The translations under genes and the position numbers were made by a program. A DNA stretch of 64,000 bases. It comes from a virus. The DNA lies in the IMG/VR virus record IMGVR_UViG_3300043788_000049, positions 23,272-87,271 of that record, one strand, 5' to 3'. The first letter of the stretch is position 1. Each line of letters opens with the position of its first letter. Shown here one piece after another: positions 54,998-63,975 of the stretch. Under the pieces are notes generated by a model. It ran no database searches. It was not told the origin of the DNA and was given only the letters and a program-made list of their open reading frames with translations.

Positions 54998-57900
54998 TCG
55001 ATCCTTGCGCCAGTGATCATGCCGGTTTCGTCGCGTGAGAAAGAGACCTTCGTCTTGTTCTCGGCTCCGACCGTCGCCCCGGTGATGAAGCCATTCTCAT
55101 CGCGAGAGAAGGAGACGCTCTTGGCCCCGCCCTCCATGCACTTGACTGCGGCCTTATAGGCTTTCTCAAGCTGGTCCGCCATTTCTTGGGTCATGACGTG
55201 AGGCGGTTCGGGGACGCCAGCCTCTTTCGCGGTGCGCGCGGCGGCGGCGATTTCCTCATCGGTCGCCAGCAAGCGGTCGTAGACGCCGCGCATTTCTTCG
55301 GAGATCGGACGCCCAAGGCGCAAGAGGCCACGGTAAATCTTGCGCAGCCAGTCCTTGAACATCTCGAAGACGCGGGCGAGGCCTTCCGATGGAGCTTTCC
55401 CTGAGGCCAGATAGTCCTCGAAGCCATCAGAGAACTTTTCGCGGTGTTCTGGCGTGAGGCTCTCGCGGTCTTTGGCTCCCACAAAGGCTAGCGCCGTGGC
55501 GGCGTCTGCCTTGATCTGGGGTGAAGCGTCCGGCGCGGAGGCATCCTCCAGCAGCTCGTCGAACCAAAGATGCGAACCCTCGTGCATGACTGTCGAGGCG
55601 TCCGCCGTCTCGAACAGCTTGATGATCCGCTGGTTGCCCTGGAAGGTGATGGCCCCGCGCTGCGCGCCGCCGGGTAGCGCCGGCCCTTGAGCCAATTCCT
55701 TCTCAGTCTCCGGCTCGATCGTCGCCGCGGGGTTCGGCGCCTTCATCGAATCGGATAGCGCTTTGATCTTCTGAAGCGTCTGCTGGTATTCGGCCTCCTT
55801 CGGCCATTTGCCGGCGGCCAGCTTTTCGAGCTTCTCGAGGTCCTTGCGCCGATCGGCCAGCGCCGTCTCGGTCGCCTTGGCCCTGCTGGCGATATTGCCC
55901 AGGAGGTTCTCAAAACGCCGGATCAGGCCGCCGGGGTCCGTCTCCTTATTAAGTATGGTCTGGGTCGGCGAGCCATAGGGGTCCGTGCCCTTGAGCATCG
56001 GCGTGCCCTTTAGATAGAGCCCGTCGCTGTCGTATTGGGTCTGGACCTGCATCTGCATTTCAAAGCCGGACAACTCGCCCAGGTTGATGATTTTGGGCGT
56101 GTAATAGCGGCTGGCGTCCAGAGCCAGCACGGTCTTGAGGATGGCTTCGCCAGCCGCCTTGCGCTCGGTGATCACCTTGCCGCCGACCGTGATCTTGAAC
56201 TTGTCGCCGGCAAGGTCCTGCACGCGATCGCCGTCGGCCTTCTCGGTCGGCAGGCGCTCCTCGTAGGTGGCGATGGCCGCGCGACTGGCGTTGATCTGCC
56301 AGGAGGCGCGATCGACGTTCTGCTTATGCGCGCGCCGCTGGGCGGAGAGTTGCCGAGCCTGCCGATCGAGTTCCGCCAATTCCATGATGCGAGTATCGCC
56401 GGAGGCCGCCGCCTTCATTTCCGCCGCCTCGGGGAGCGGGTTGTCGATGTCCTCGGCGTGGCGCGAGCCCTTGGCGCCCGACAAGACTTGGCTGATGAAC
56501 TTCGACTTCGTGTCGAGCTTTTGCCACATGAAGGCGTCGAACGAGCGCTTGGTCACGTAGCGGAAGATTTGCACCTGCTTGTTGAGGTTGCCTTGGCGGA
56601 CAATGCGCCCGTCGCGCTGTTCGACCTCCGCCGGCTTCCATGGCGCATCCAGATGGTGCATCGCGATCAGGCGATCCTGAACGTTAGTGCCGACGCCCAT
56701 CTTTCCCGACGAGCCGATAAGGACACGAATATCGCCAGCGCGGACCTTCTTGAATAAGCGCCCCTTGGCAGCATCGTCCTTGGCGTCGTGGATCGCCGCG
56801 ATCTGCTCCGCAGGAATGCCCTTATCGACCAAGCGCTGTTTGATGTCGGCATAGAGGTCAATCTTGGGTTGTTCGATCTGCGCCGGGTCGCCCATCTCAT
56901 CCTCGATAGGCTTCTTTGCCGCCACTTTGGTCTGCGGCACGCCCATGTCGAGGAAGACCATCTGGACAGTGCCCGGCTCTTTGCCCTTCTTCCAAATCTC
57001 GTGAATATTTTTAACAGCGAGCGCGATCTTGCCTTTGGGGTTGAAATCGAAATTAGGATCGATAAGGCGACCGTCCGTCGCAACCTTGCGTCCGGCCGTC
57101 ACGACCGAGAGCATGTTCGGTTGGCCCTTCTCAGGCCGCTTGCCTTTCAGACTCTCCGCCAATTCCACGAGCTTCTGAATGTGCAGTTCTTCCTCTTCCG
57201 AAGGGGTCGCTTGGACAATCTCAATCCCTGGTCCGCCCGCTTTGGTCCGAACCTCGGGCCGCGGCAGTTTGAGCATGTCCGCCGTCTTGGTGTCGGCGAT
57301 CTCGGAATAGAGGCTGATGAGTTCTGGAACGTTGACGAATTTCGAGAAGGACGAGACTTCCTTGAAGGTCCGGCCGTCCGCTGAAAGCTCCATGTTGTTG
57401 ACGACCTTGCCGAAGGTCGAGGCCCAGGCATCGAAGTTCTCCAGCCCCGCTTCCTTCAGACGGTCGAGTTCGAGATAGCGCATCATCGTCCAGAGTTCGG
57501 CCATCGTGTTGGAGACGGGAGTGCCGGTCGCGAACACCGCTGATCGGCCGGGGCGCTTTTGTTCGAGGTAGCGGATTTTGAGGAACAGGTCCTCAGCCCG
57601 CTGGCTGTCGCCCTGGGCGAGACCCTTAACATTCCCTAACCTACTGGAAAAATACAGATTTTTGAAAAAATGCGATTCGTCGATTACCAAATGATCGATC
57701 CCGGTCTCTTCAAATGAAACGCCAGTGTCCTTGCGTTCCTCGTTCAGGAGCTTTTGCAGCTTGTCCTCCAGTTTCTTCTTGGCCTTTTCGAGCGCCTTGA
57801 CCGTCGGCGAGCGCTTGTCATCGGTGTCGGCAATCTCCGCCTTGCGCGCCCGCTCCAATTCGTCGAGTTGCTCCTGGATGAAATTCTGCCGATGCTCCAA

Positions 57901-60900
57901 GCTTGTGTTGATACGCCCGAAGGCGGAATGGGTCATAATGACGCCATCCCAATCGTTCGCTGCGACCTTGGCGATAAACGCCTTCCGGTGCTCTCTAGTC
58001 ATTTCCTCCTTCTGAGCAACCAGAATTTTGGCGTTTGGATAGGCTTCGATGAACTCTCGGGCGAATTGCTCCAGCATATGGTCGGGGATAGCAAAAGCGC
58101 CTTTATTGATGAGCCCTAAGCGCTTCTGTTCCATCACAGCGGCAATGCTCGTGACGGTTTTTCCACTTCCAACACTGTGCGCCAGAAGCGTATTTCCACT
58201 CTGGACAATGCGCCAAACTGCATCCTTCCGATGCTTACGATCGGCGAATTTGGGATTGAGGCCGGGGAAGGTCTGGTGGGCGCCGTCGAATTGCCGCGGG
58301 ACGAGGTTGTTGTAGGTCCGATTGTAGATGGCCTCCAGGCGCTGCGCGCGCTCCGGATCGGCGAAGGCCCAGGCGTCGATGCCGCGCTCCGGGTCGCCGG
58401 TGAAGGCTTCCTTGAGCGCCTCGACGCGCACGCGCGCCGCCTCGGTTGCGCCTTGGTCGACCTCATAGACATCAGGATTGCTGCTGACGTGGTTCCGGAC
58501 GGTGATCTGGCGGTTGTTGATCGCAGCGTCGATCACATCGTCCACGCTCACCCGGTCGGTCCCGTAGGTGGTGTGGGCAGAGGATGAATACTGGCCGTGC
58601 TTGACCTTCCAGCCGCCGGTGACGGGAATGGTCGAAATCCGGGTGTTGTAGCCGCCGATCTCCTTGATGAACGCCTCGTAGACGTCCGCCGGGATCCATG
58701 GGGCCCCGAACTGCGCCATGATGTCCGTGCCGGTCAACGGGGTCGGCTGAACCTTCTCCAAGGCCGCGACATTGCGTGAGTAGGCCGGGTCGCCATCGGC
58801 AATGACGCGGGCCTCTTCGAGCTTCTTGACCACATCGCCGGAGAGATAGCGGTCCGCCGGCTCCCATTGCCGCCCGTTCGGGTTCTGGAAGATCAGATCG
58901 CCTAGCGCTTTCGCGGCGGCTTCCTCGCTCCCGACATTGAGCATCTGGCCGATCTGTTGCAGATCGACGCGGCCGGTGGCGTCGAGCGTCGCCGCGAGCG
59001 CATCGGCGGGGCCATTGATCTGGCGCTCCTTCGGCGGGGCGATGATGTCCTTCTTCTGAATGTCGGCGGGCTTGGCCGTGCCCGTCTCGGCGTCATATTG
59101 CTCGATCGCCGCGACCTTCCAGGAATCGGGGTCATCCTTGAATGGCGCGAAGTTTGGCGTCTTGGTGATCGTGACCGGCTCGCCCGCGCGCGTGAGGCGC
59201 TTGGTGGTCTTTGTTTCTTCCTTGTTGATCGGGCCATGCGCCTTGACGAACTGGTCATAGGCTTCGCGGAGTTGCTTGCGGAGAGCATCGGCCTTGTCGC
59301 CACCCGAGAGTTGCTCCTTGAGCAAGTCGTTGACGATATCGCGAATGCCGGAGAGCTTCTTGACCCTGCTTTCGTCATCCCCGGATAGCCTCTGCTCGAC
59401 GCCGCGGCCCTGCTCGCGCCGATAGACCTTGCCGCCCTTCGAGAAGTAGGCCCCTTCCTTGGAGGCTCCCGGCTCAATATCGCGCTGGTCGATGACGGGC
59501 GGCCGCGGCGAGCCTCTGGGGACGAAGGCTCCTTCCCGCATGGTCGCGCCAGCGCCGTGGATTGCCATTCCAAGGTCCTGCGGGTCGCCTATTAGCACCG
59601 GCTCATTCTTGGCATACATCGAGCCCATCAACCGCATCTCGCCCAGCATCATCTTCGGATGGTCGGCAAAATACTCGTTGATCTTGACCGGCCCCTCGGG
59701 AGTCGAAATCTCCTTGAGATTGGTCCAGTTCTCGCCCGGATAGTCCGGCTCGCCGGGGACCTTCTTGCGCAGAAAGATAATGTCGGTCGTGACCTCGGTG
59801 CCGGCATTCCCCGCGAATGCGCCCTTGTCTCCGCCGGGCAGGCGAATAGCGCCAACGAAATCCGCCGTCTTGGAAAGCTCGCGGCGTGTTCCCGCGTCCA
59901 CGCGATCCATCGTGTAGCGCGACGTGATGAACGAAACGACGCCGCCGGGGCGAACCTTATCGAGCGACTTGACGAAGAAGAAATCATGGATCGGATAGGA
60001 GCCGTAGGGCTTTTCGGTCAGATTGAAATTGCCGAACGGCACGTTCGAGATTGCGAGGTCGAAGTAATTGCTGGGCCGCTTCAGCGTCTCGAAGCCCTGG
60101 ACGTTAATGTCAGCATCCCCGTAGAGCGCCTTGGCGATCCGGCCGGTCAGCGAGTCCAGCTCCGTCGCGGTCCAGGCGGTGCGGCTCGCGAGGCTGTCGG
60201 GGATCAGGCCGATGAAGTGCCCAACGCCCGCGGCCGGTTCGAGCGCGAGGCCGCCGTTGAACCCCAAATGCTGGAGAGCGCCCCAGATGCCGCGGATGAC
60301 GTCGGGAGACGTGTAATGGGCATTGAGGGTCGAGGCGCGCGCGGCGGCGTATTCCTCATCGGTGACGAGCGCTCGGAGGGCGTCGCGCTGCTGCTTGAAC
60401 TCGGGCCCACGGTCGGAGAACATCTTTTGGGCGAACGCGCCCCAGCCGGTGTATTTGACGAGGGTCGCCTTTTCCTCCGGCGTCGCCTCGCGCGCCTCGT
60501 CCTCGATCAGCTTGAGAACCCGGATGGCGTCGATGTTGGCGTTGATCTTCGTCTTGGGGCCACCGACGCCGACTTGGTCATCGGGAGTGATGCGATAGTT
60601 CGAGCGGGTGCGCTCCGCGATCTTCTCCTCGGCCTCGGCTAGTCCTGCGCCTCGGGGGTCGGTTGATGGATCTGGTCGTGCCTCACCTGCTCCTGGACCT
60701 CCGCTTGGCGGCTTTGTAACTCCCTCACTCGGTCCAGGTAGGGCAGCTTCTGCACCTCCGGCTTGTTGTGGTGCTCCGCCATCAGGTGCTCGTCCATCTC
60801 CGACGCCGAGTTCCCCACCCCCTCCAGATAGCTCTGGAGGTTTCCGGATGCGCTTAGGTCTTTGAGGACGTGCGGCATTGCCTCCTTCAGGTATTGGTGG

Positions 60901-63900
60901 TGCTCCTGGCCGTATCTCTCCGCCGTCGGGTTGTTGAACATTGGCTTCCTCGCCAGTCGGGATGGGTGCGGGCTCGGTTATCCCCGGTCCCCACTCAGGG
61001 TCCTTGTTCCAGGCGTTGTCGTAAAGCTGCCGTCCCAACGCCATCACGTCCTTGTAGTGAGCGAGATTGGCGGGGTCTGACAGATCGAGGCGCTTGACCG
61101 GCTGTCGGATCGCATGGGCCTTTCTCATCACCTCGGCGATCGGCTTCGGGACGATCTGCAATTCCGCTGACGTGCCGTCCCCCAGACCGACTTGCAGGTG
61201 ATAAGCCCGGTAGCCCTCCTTGCTCGTCTCCATGGAGCTTTCAGCTTCCAGGACGCCGCCGGTGCGGTCGAGCTTGGCTAGGATTTCATCCATCGCGGCG
61301 CGAGTGTCGACGACGATGCGCGCGCCGAGGTAATCGGAGATTGTCGAGGCCGGGCGCCCCTTGACCTTGATCTTCTGCTCTAGGCCGGACTTGTCCTTGA
61401 CGCGGCTGTTGTAGACATGGGCGCCGTCGATGCCCGCGACCAATTGGCGCAACCCCTCGTCCAGCCGGGGTTTATTCTCTTCCGCAGCGGCATGGAGGGC
61501 TTGCCAATCGTTGCTCCCCTGAATAATTAATTTATTGGTGGAAGGGTCAATGTCTCCCAACCGGAAATCCGAAAATCGAGTGATCGCCGGCCCCTCGAAG
61601 ATTGATGGCGGCATTTCGCGGGTGATTGAACTGCCCAACGGCTCGGGCAGGGTCGAAACTTGGAAGCCCGGCGTCGGCTGGGTCGAGGGCGGCGCTTCGC
61701 CGGATGAATTTATCGGGGCGATGCCGGTATCCAAGGCATTGGCCGCGAGAGCCGGCATTCCCTCATCCGAACTCTGAGCCAGCCGGATTTCGACATTCTG
61801 CTTCGAATAGAGGTCCCAGGCGTCGCCCGCGCCGGTGCGCGCCGCGCGCGCGTTATAGCGGGCCGCCCAGACCGTCGCCGCTGCGTCTGCCACCGCTGGG
61901 TCCGTGCCCCCCGCGATCAGCTTCCGCCGCACGTCCTCGTAAACCATCTGGGAAGGCCCAGGAGGGGCAACGGGCGGCGCGGTGGCTAGATCAGCCTCCA
62001 ATGCCTTCGCCTGCTCCTGGCGGCCTTGCGGCGTGTCCAGATCGGGTGTTTCCGGCTCGGCGTCGGTGCGATCGAGGTCCGTGAGGTTGAAACCGTCCCT
62101 GGCGATCAGTTTCGCCACTTCATCGAGAAAGACGCGCGCGGCCTTACGGGGCTCCATCCCATCCACCACGCTCGACGCCGCGCGGTTCAAGGCCGCCGAA
62201 ATCGGCCCCGATCGGGTGGCAAGTTTCTGGAGCAATTGCCCAAGCTGCGCGGCTTGCTCGGCGCGGTCGGCATTGGTGTCGACAAGAACATTCCCCTGGC
62301 CCTCGATCCGCTCCGCCTCGCGCGCCAGAGTGGCGAAGATGCGCTTGTCCTCGCTGATGAGCGACATCGCGGCGCCGTAGACCTGCGCGCGCTCCTGGTA
62401 GAGCGAGCGGGTCACTTCCTCCTTGCCGAATAGCGTCTCCTGGACTTCCCTGGCGAAGCCGGCCGAATTGGCGTCGGCAATCATCATCCGGGCTTCGTTC
62501 TCGTTTTGCGGCTTGAACTTCGCCAATTCCCCCATGACCGCCGCATGGTTCTCCTTGCCCGGCATCATATTGCCGACCAGGGCCGCGTGGTTCTGCGGCA
62601 CAACGCCGTTGAGCGTCATTTCCCAAGCGGGGTCCGAAAGTTCGGAGAGGCCCTTGGCCTGCCGCAGTTTGCCCGACGTGATCGGCAGGCTGTCGTCCCA
62701 CATATCCGGGCGGTCGCGGAAGACGCGCGCAGTGTCGAGCGCATCGCCAGAGCCTTCCTGGATATTCTTCTTCGCCGAGATTGCGCGGGCATCGGCTGGC
62801 GTCCAGCCGTCCTTCTCACGCAAAAGAGCGCCGGTCATGCGGATCGATGATGTCAAGTTTTCCGCCCTCAGATGCGTCTCTTCCGGGCGCTTTGTTTGAG
62901 CGGCATTCTGGGCGATTTCCTGGGCTTCTCTCCTACCGACATAGCGGCCTTTGGAGGTAATGAAGCCGTCCAAGCCGATGGCGTCGATGTCCTTTATGTC
63001 GATCCCGGCGGCCATCGCCTTCGCATAGGCATCAGAGTGAAGAGGCCCTGTGAATACGCGACCATCCTTGGCCTTGATCGCCGATGAGACAATGCGCTCA
63101 GGACCTGTGGCCTCTTGTTCGGACAGAAGCCGCTTCGCCAGCCCAAGGCGCTGATGGCCATCAACAATGGTCCGCGTCCCATCGGCGCTTTCGTAAACGA
63201 CGACGTTCCCCGCCGCGAGCGGGTCCCAGCGCTGCACGCCCGAGAGCCGATCCGTCACGCCCTGCTGGTTGGCCCCGCCCTTATATTGGAACGCCTGGGC
63301 GTCGGTGCCGAGAGTGCGGGGATCGAAGCTCGTATAGGTGATCGGCTTCCCCTCGACCATTTCGGTGTGGCCGGCGGCGCGCTCGGGAAAGCCCTGGTGA
63401 TCCGGGATGACGGCGATCGGCCCGGCCGGCGGCGCGTGCATCGGCGGCTGCGGCGGCGCGACAATGTCCGGGTTCTCAGCGTGCCGGACCATTCCCTCGT
63501 AGGAGCGGAGGTTTTCTTCCGCCGGCACGCCGGGGACTGCCGGCGGCGAGGCAAGGTGATCGTTCTCGGCCCGATCGACGAGGCCGTGGTTGGCGGAGGT
63601 CTGCGGGGCTTCGCGATCGGCGGCGGCGGGCGGGACGAAGGGCTTCGGCGGTCCAGGCAACGCCTTGGGAGGGCCGGTGGGCGCGGTTGGCGGCGCGGGC
63701 TCCTCGACCTTCGGGGGCTTTCCCGTCGCCGCGGCGCGCGCGGCCTCACGGGTCGAACCGACCGGCAGCCCGTTATCTTTCTCCCAATCCGCGACGCTAT
63801 CCCAGAATTGCTTGGCTCCCGGCGATGTGTCCTCGCCTCCATTCTGGGCCATGCGGATGAAGTGGTTGATCCCAGCCTGACCGAGAAGGCGCCCAACTTC

Positions 63901-63975
63901 CGAGATGCCCTGCATGAACCCAGACGGGACCGCGCCGTAGAGTGCGGCCGTCCCCACATCGCGAAGCGCCGGCAT
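54994..63975 (-). CDS. DarB-like large polyvalent protein: ParB-like, RelA/SpoT, N6-adenine MTase, SNF2 helicase, zincin-like domains (frame open to the window edge, so possibly longer)
   Basis: IVDGHQR; SRVK..DYLGARI..GYRAYH..ELQI; NAHYTS, LEPAAGVG, NVPFG; AHSVGSGKT, DESH, ATGTPVSN, EQRDGRIVRQGN; HEGSH. Confidence 0.9.
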   Translation of the reverse strand: MPALRDVGTAALYGAVPSGFMQGISEVGRLLGQAGINHFIRMAQNGGEDTSPGAKQFWDSVADWEKDNGLPVGSTREAARAAATGKPPKVEEPAPPTAPTGPPKALPGPPKPFVPPAAADREAPQTSANHGLVDRAENDHLASPPAVPGVPAEENLRSYEGMVRHAENPDIVAPPQPPMHAPPAGPIAVIPDHQGFPERAAGHTEMVEGKPITYTSFDPRTLGTDAQAFQYKGGANQQGVTDRLSGVQRWDPLAAGNVVVYESADGTRTIVDGHQRLGLAKRLLSEQEATGPERIVSSAIKAKDGRVFTGPLHSDAYAKAMAAGIDIKDIDAIGLDGFITSKGRYVGRREAQEIAQNAAQTKRPEETHLRAENLTSSIRMTGALLREKDGWTPADARAISAKKNIQEGSGDALDTARVFRDRPDMWDDSLPITSGKLRQAKGLSELSDPAWEMTLNGVVPQNHAALVGNMMPGKENHAAVMGELAKFKPQNENEARMMIADANSAGFAREVQETLFGKEEVTRSLYQERAQVYGAAMSLISEDKRIFATLAREAERIEGQGNVLVDTNADRAEQAAQLGQLLQKLATRSGPISAALNRAASSVVDGMEPRKAARVFLDEVAKLIARDGFNLTDLDRTDAEPETPDLDTPQGRQEQAKALEADLATAPPVAPPGPSQMVYEDVRRKLIAGGTDPAVADAAATVWAARYNARAARTGAGDAWDLYSKQNVEIRLAQSSDEGMPALAANALDTGIAPINSSGEAPPSTQPTPGFQVSTLPEPLGSSITREMPPSIFEGPAITRFSDFRLGDIDPSTNKLIIQGSNDWQALHAAAEENKPRLDEGLRQLVAGIDGAHVYNSRVKDKSGLEQKIKVKGRPASTISDYLGARIVVDTRAAMDEILAKLDRTGGVLEAESSMETSKEGYRAYHLQVGLGDGTSAELQIVPKPIAEVMRKAHAIRQPVKRLDLSDPANLAHYKDVMALGRQLYDNAWNKDPEWGPGITEPAPIPTGEEANVQQPDGGEIRPGAPPIPEGGNAARPQRPKRIRKPPELSGGGGELGVGDGRAPDGGAPQQAGGAEAALPGPSEGVTKPPSGGPGAGEARPDPSTDPRGAGLAEAEEKIAERTRSNYRITPDDQVGVGGPKTKINANIDAIRVLKLIEDEAREATPEEKATLVKYTGWGAFAQKMFSDRGPEFKQQRDALRALVTDEEYAAARASTLNAHYTSPDVIRGIWGALQHLGFNGGLALEPAAGVGHFIGLIPDSLASRTAWTATELDSLTGRIAKALYGDADINVQGFETLKRPSNYFDLAISNVPFGNFNLTEKPYGSYPIHDFFFVKSLDKVRPGGVVSFITSRYTMDRVDAGTRRELSKTADFVGAIRLPGGDKGAFAGNAGTEVTTDIIFLRKKVPGEPDYPGENWTNLKEISTPEGPVKINEYFADHPKMMLGEMRLMGSMYAKNEPVLIGDPQDLGMAIHGAGATMREGAFVPRGSPRPPVIDQRDIEPGASKEGAYFSKGGKVYRREQGRGVEQRLSGDDESRVKKLSGIRDIVNDLLKEQLSGGDKADALRKQLREAYDQFVKAHGPINKEETKTTKRLTRAGEPVTITKTPNFAPFKDDPDSWKVAAIEQYDAETGTAKPADIQKKDIIAPPKERQINGPADALAATLDATGRVDLQQIGQMLNVGSEEAAAKALGDLIFQNPNGRQWEPADRYLSGDVVKKLEEARVIADGDPAYSRNVAALEKVQPTPLTGTDIMAQFGAPWIPADVYEAFIKEIGGYNTRISTIPVTGGWKVKHGQYSSSAHTTYGTDRVSVDDVIDAAINNRQITVRNHVSSNPDVYEVDQGATEAARVRVEALKEAFTGDPERGIDAWAFADPERAQRLEAIYNRTYNNLVPRQFDGAHQTFPGLNPKFADRKHRKDAVWRIVQSGNTLLAHSVGSGKTVTSIAAVMEQKRLGLINKGAFAIPDHMLEQFAREFIEAYPNAKILVAQKEEMTREHRKAFIAKVAANDWDGVIMTHSAFGRINTSLEHRQNFIQEQLDELERARKAEIADTDDKRSPTVKALEKAKKKLEDKLQKLLNEERKDTGVSFEETGIDHLVIDESHFFKNLYFSSRLGNVKGLAQGDSQRAEDLFLKIRYLEQKRPGRSAVFATGTPVSNTMAELWTMMRYLELDRLKEAGLENFDAWASTFGKVVNNMELSADGRTFKEVSSFSKFVNVPELISLYSEIADTKTADMLKLPRPEVRTKAGGPGIEIVQATPSEEEELHIQKLVELAESLKGKRPEKGQPNMLSVVTAGRKVATDGRLIDPNFDFNPKGKIALAVKNIHEIWKKGKEPGTVQMVFLDMGVPQTKVAAKKPIEDEMGDPAQIEQPKIDLYADIKQRLVDKGIPAEQIAAIHDAKDDAAKGRLFKKVRAGDIRVLIGSSGKMGVGTNVQDRLIAMHHLDAPWKPAEVEQRDGRIVRQGNLNKQVQIFRYVTKRSFDAFMWQKLDTKSKFISQVLSGAKGSRHAEDIDNPLPEAAEMKAAASGDTRIMELAELDRQARQLSAQRRAHKQNVDRASWQINASRAAIATYEERLPTEKADGDRVQDLAGDKFKITVGGKVITERKAAGEAILKTVLALDASRYYTPKIINLGELSGFEMQMQVQTQYDSDGLYLKGTPMLKGTDPYGSPTQTILNKETDPGGLIRRFENLLGNIASRAKATETALADRRKDLEKLEKLAAGKWPKEAEYQQTLQKIKALSDSMKAPNPAATIEPETEKELAQGPALPGGAQRGAITFQGNQRIIKLFETADASTVMHEGSHLWFDELLEDASAPDASPQIKADAATALAFVGAKDRESLTPEHREKFSDGFEDYLASGKAPSEGLARVFEMFKDWLRKIYRGLLRLGRPISEEMRGVYDRLLATDEEIAAAARTAKEAGVPEPPHVMTQEMADQLEKAYKAAVKCMEGGAKSVSFSRDENGFITGATVGAENKTKVSFSRDETGMITGARIE
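60639..60941 (-). CDS. TnpV-like small protein overprinted within the giant ORF (other frame)
   Basis: RYGQEHHQYLKE..P..L..L..SG.L..YL..V...A.E; GAGGA RBS 5 nt before ATG. Confidence 0.65.
   Translation of the reverse strand: MFNNPTAERYGQEHHQYLKEAMPHVLKDLSASGNLQSYLEGVGNSASEMDEHLMAEHHNKPEVQKLPYLDRVRELQSRQAEVQEQVRHDQIHQPTPEAQD
61550..61777 (+). CDS. Antisense nested small protein next to the RelA/SpoT domain
   Basis: AT-rich stretch plus GGAAGG RBS; RVIELPNGSGRVETWKPGVGWVEGG reads as globular while the opposite frame is a S/P/T linker. Confidence 0.5.
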   Translation: MSPNRKSENRVIAGPSKIDGGISRVIELPNGSGRVETWKPGVGWVEGGASPDEFIGAMPVSKALAARAGIPSSEL

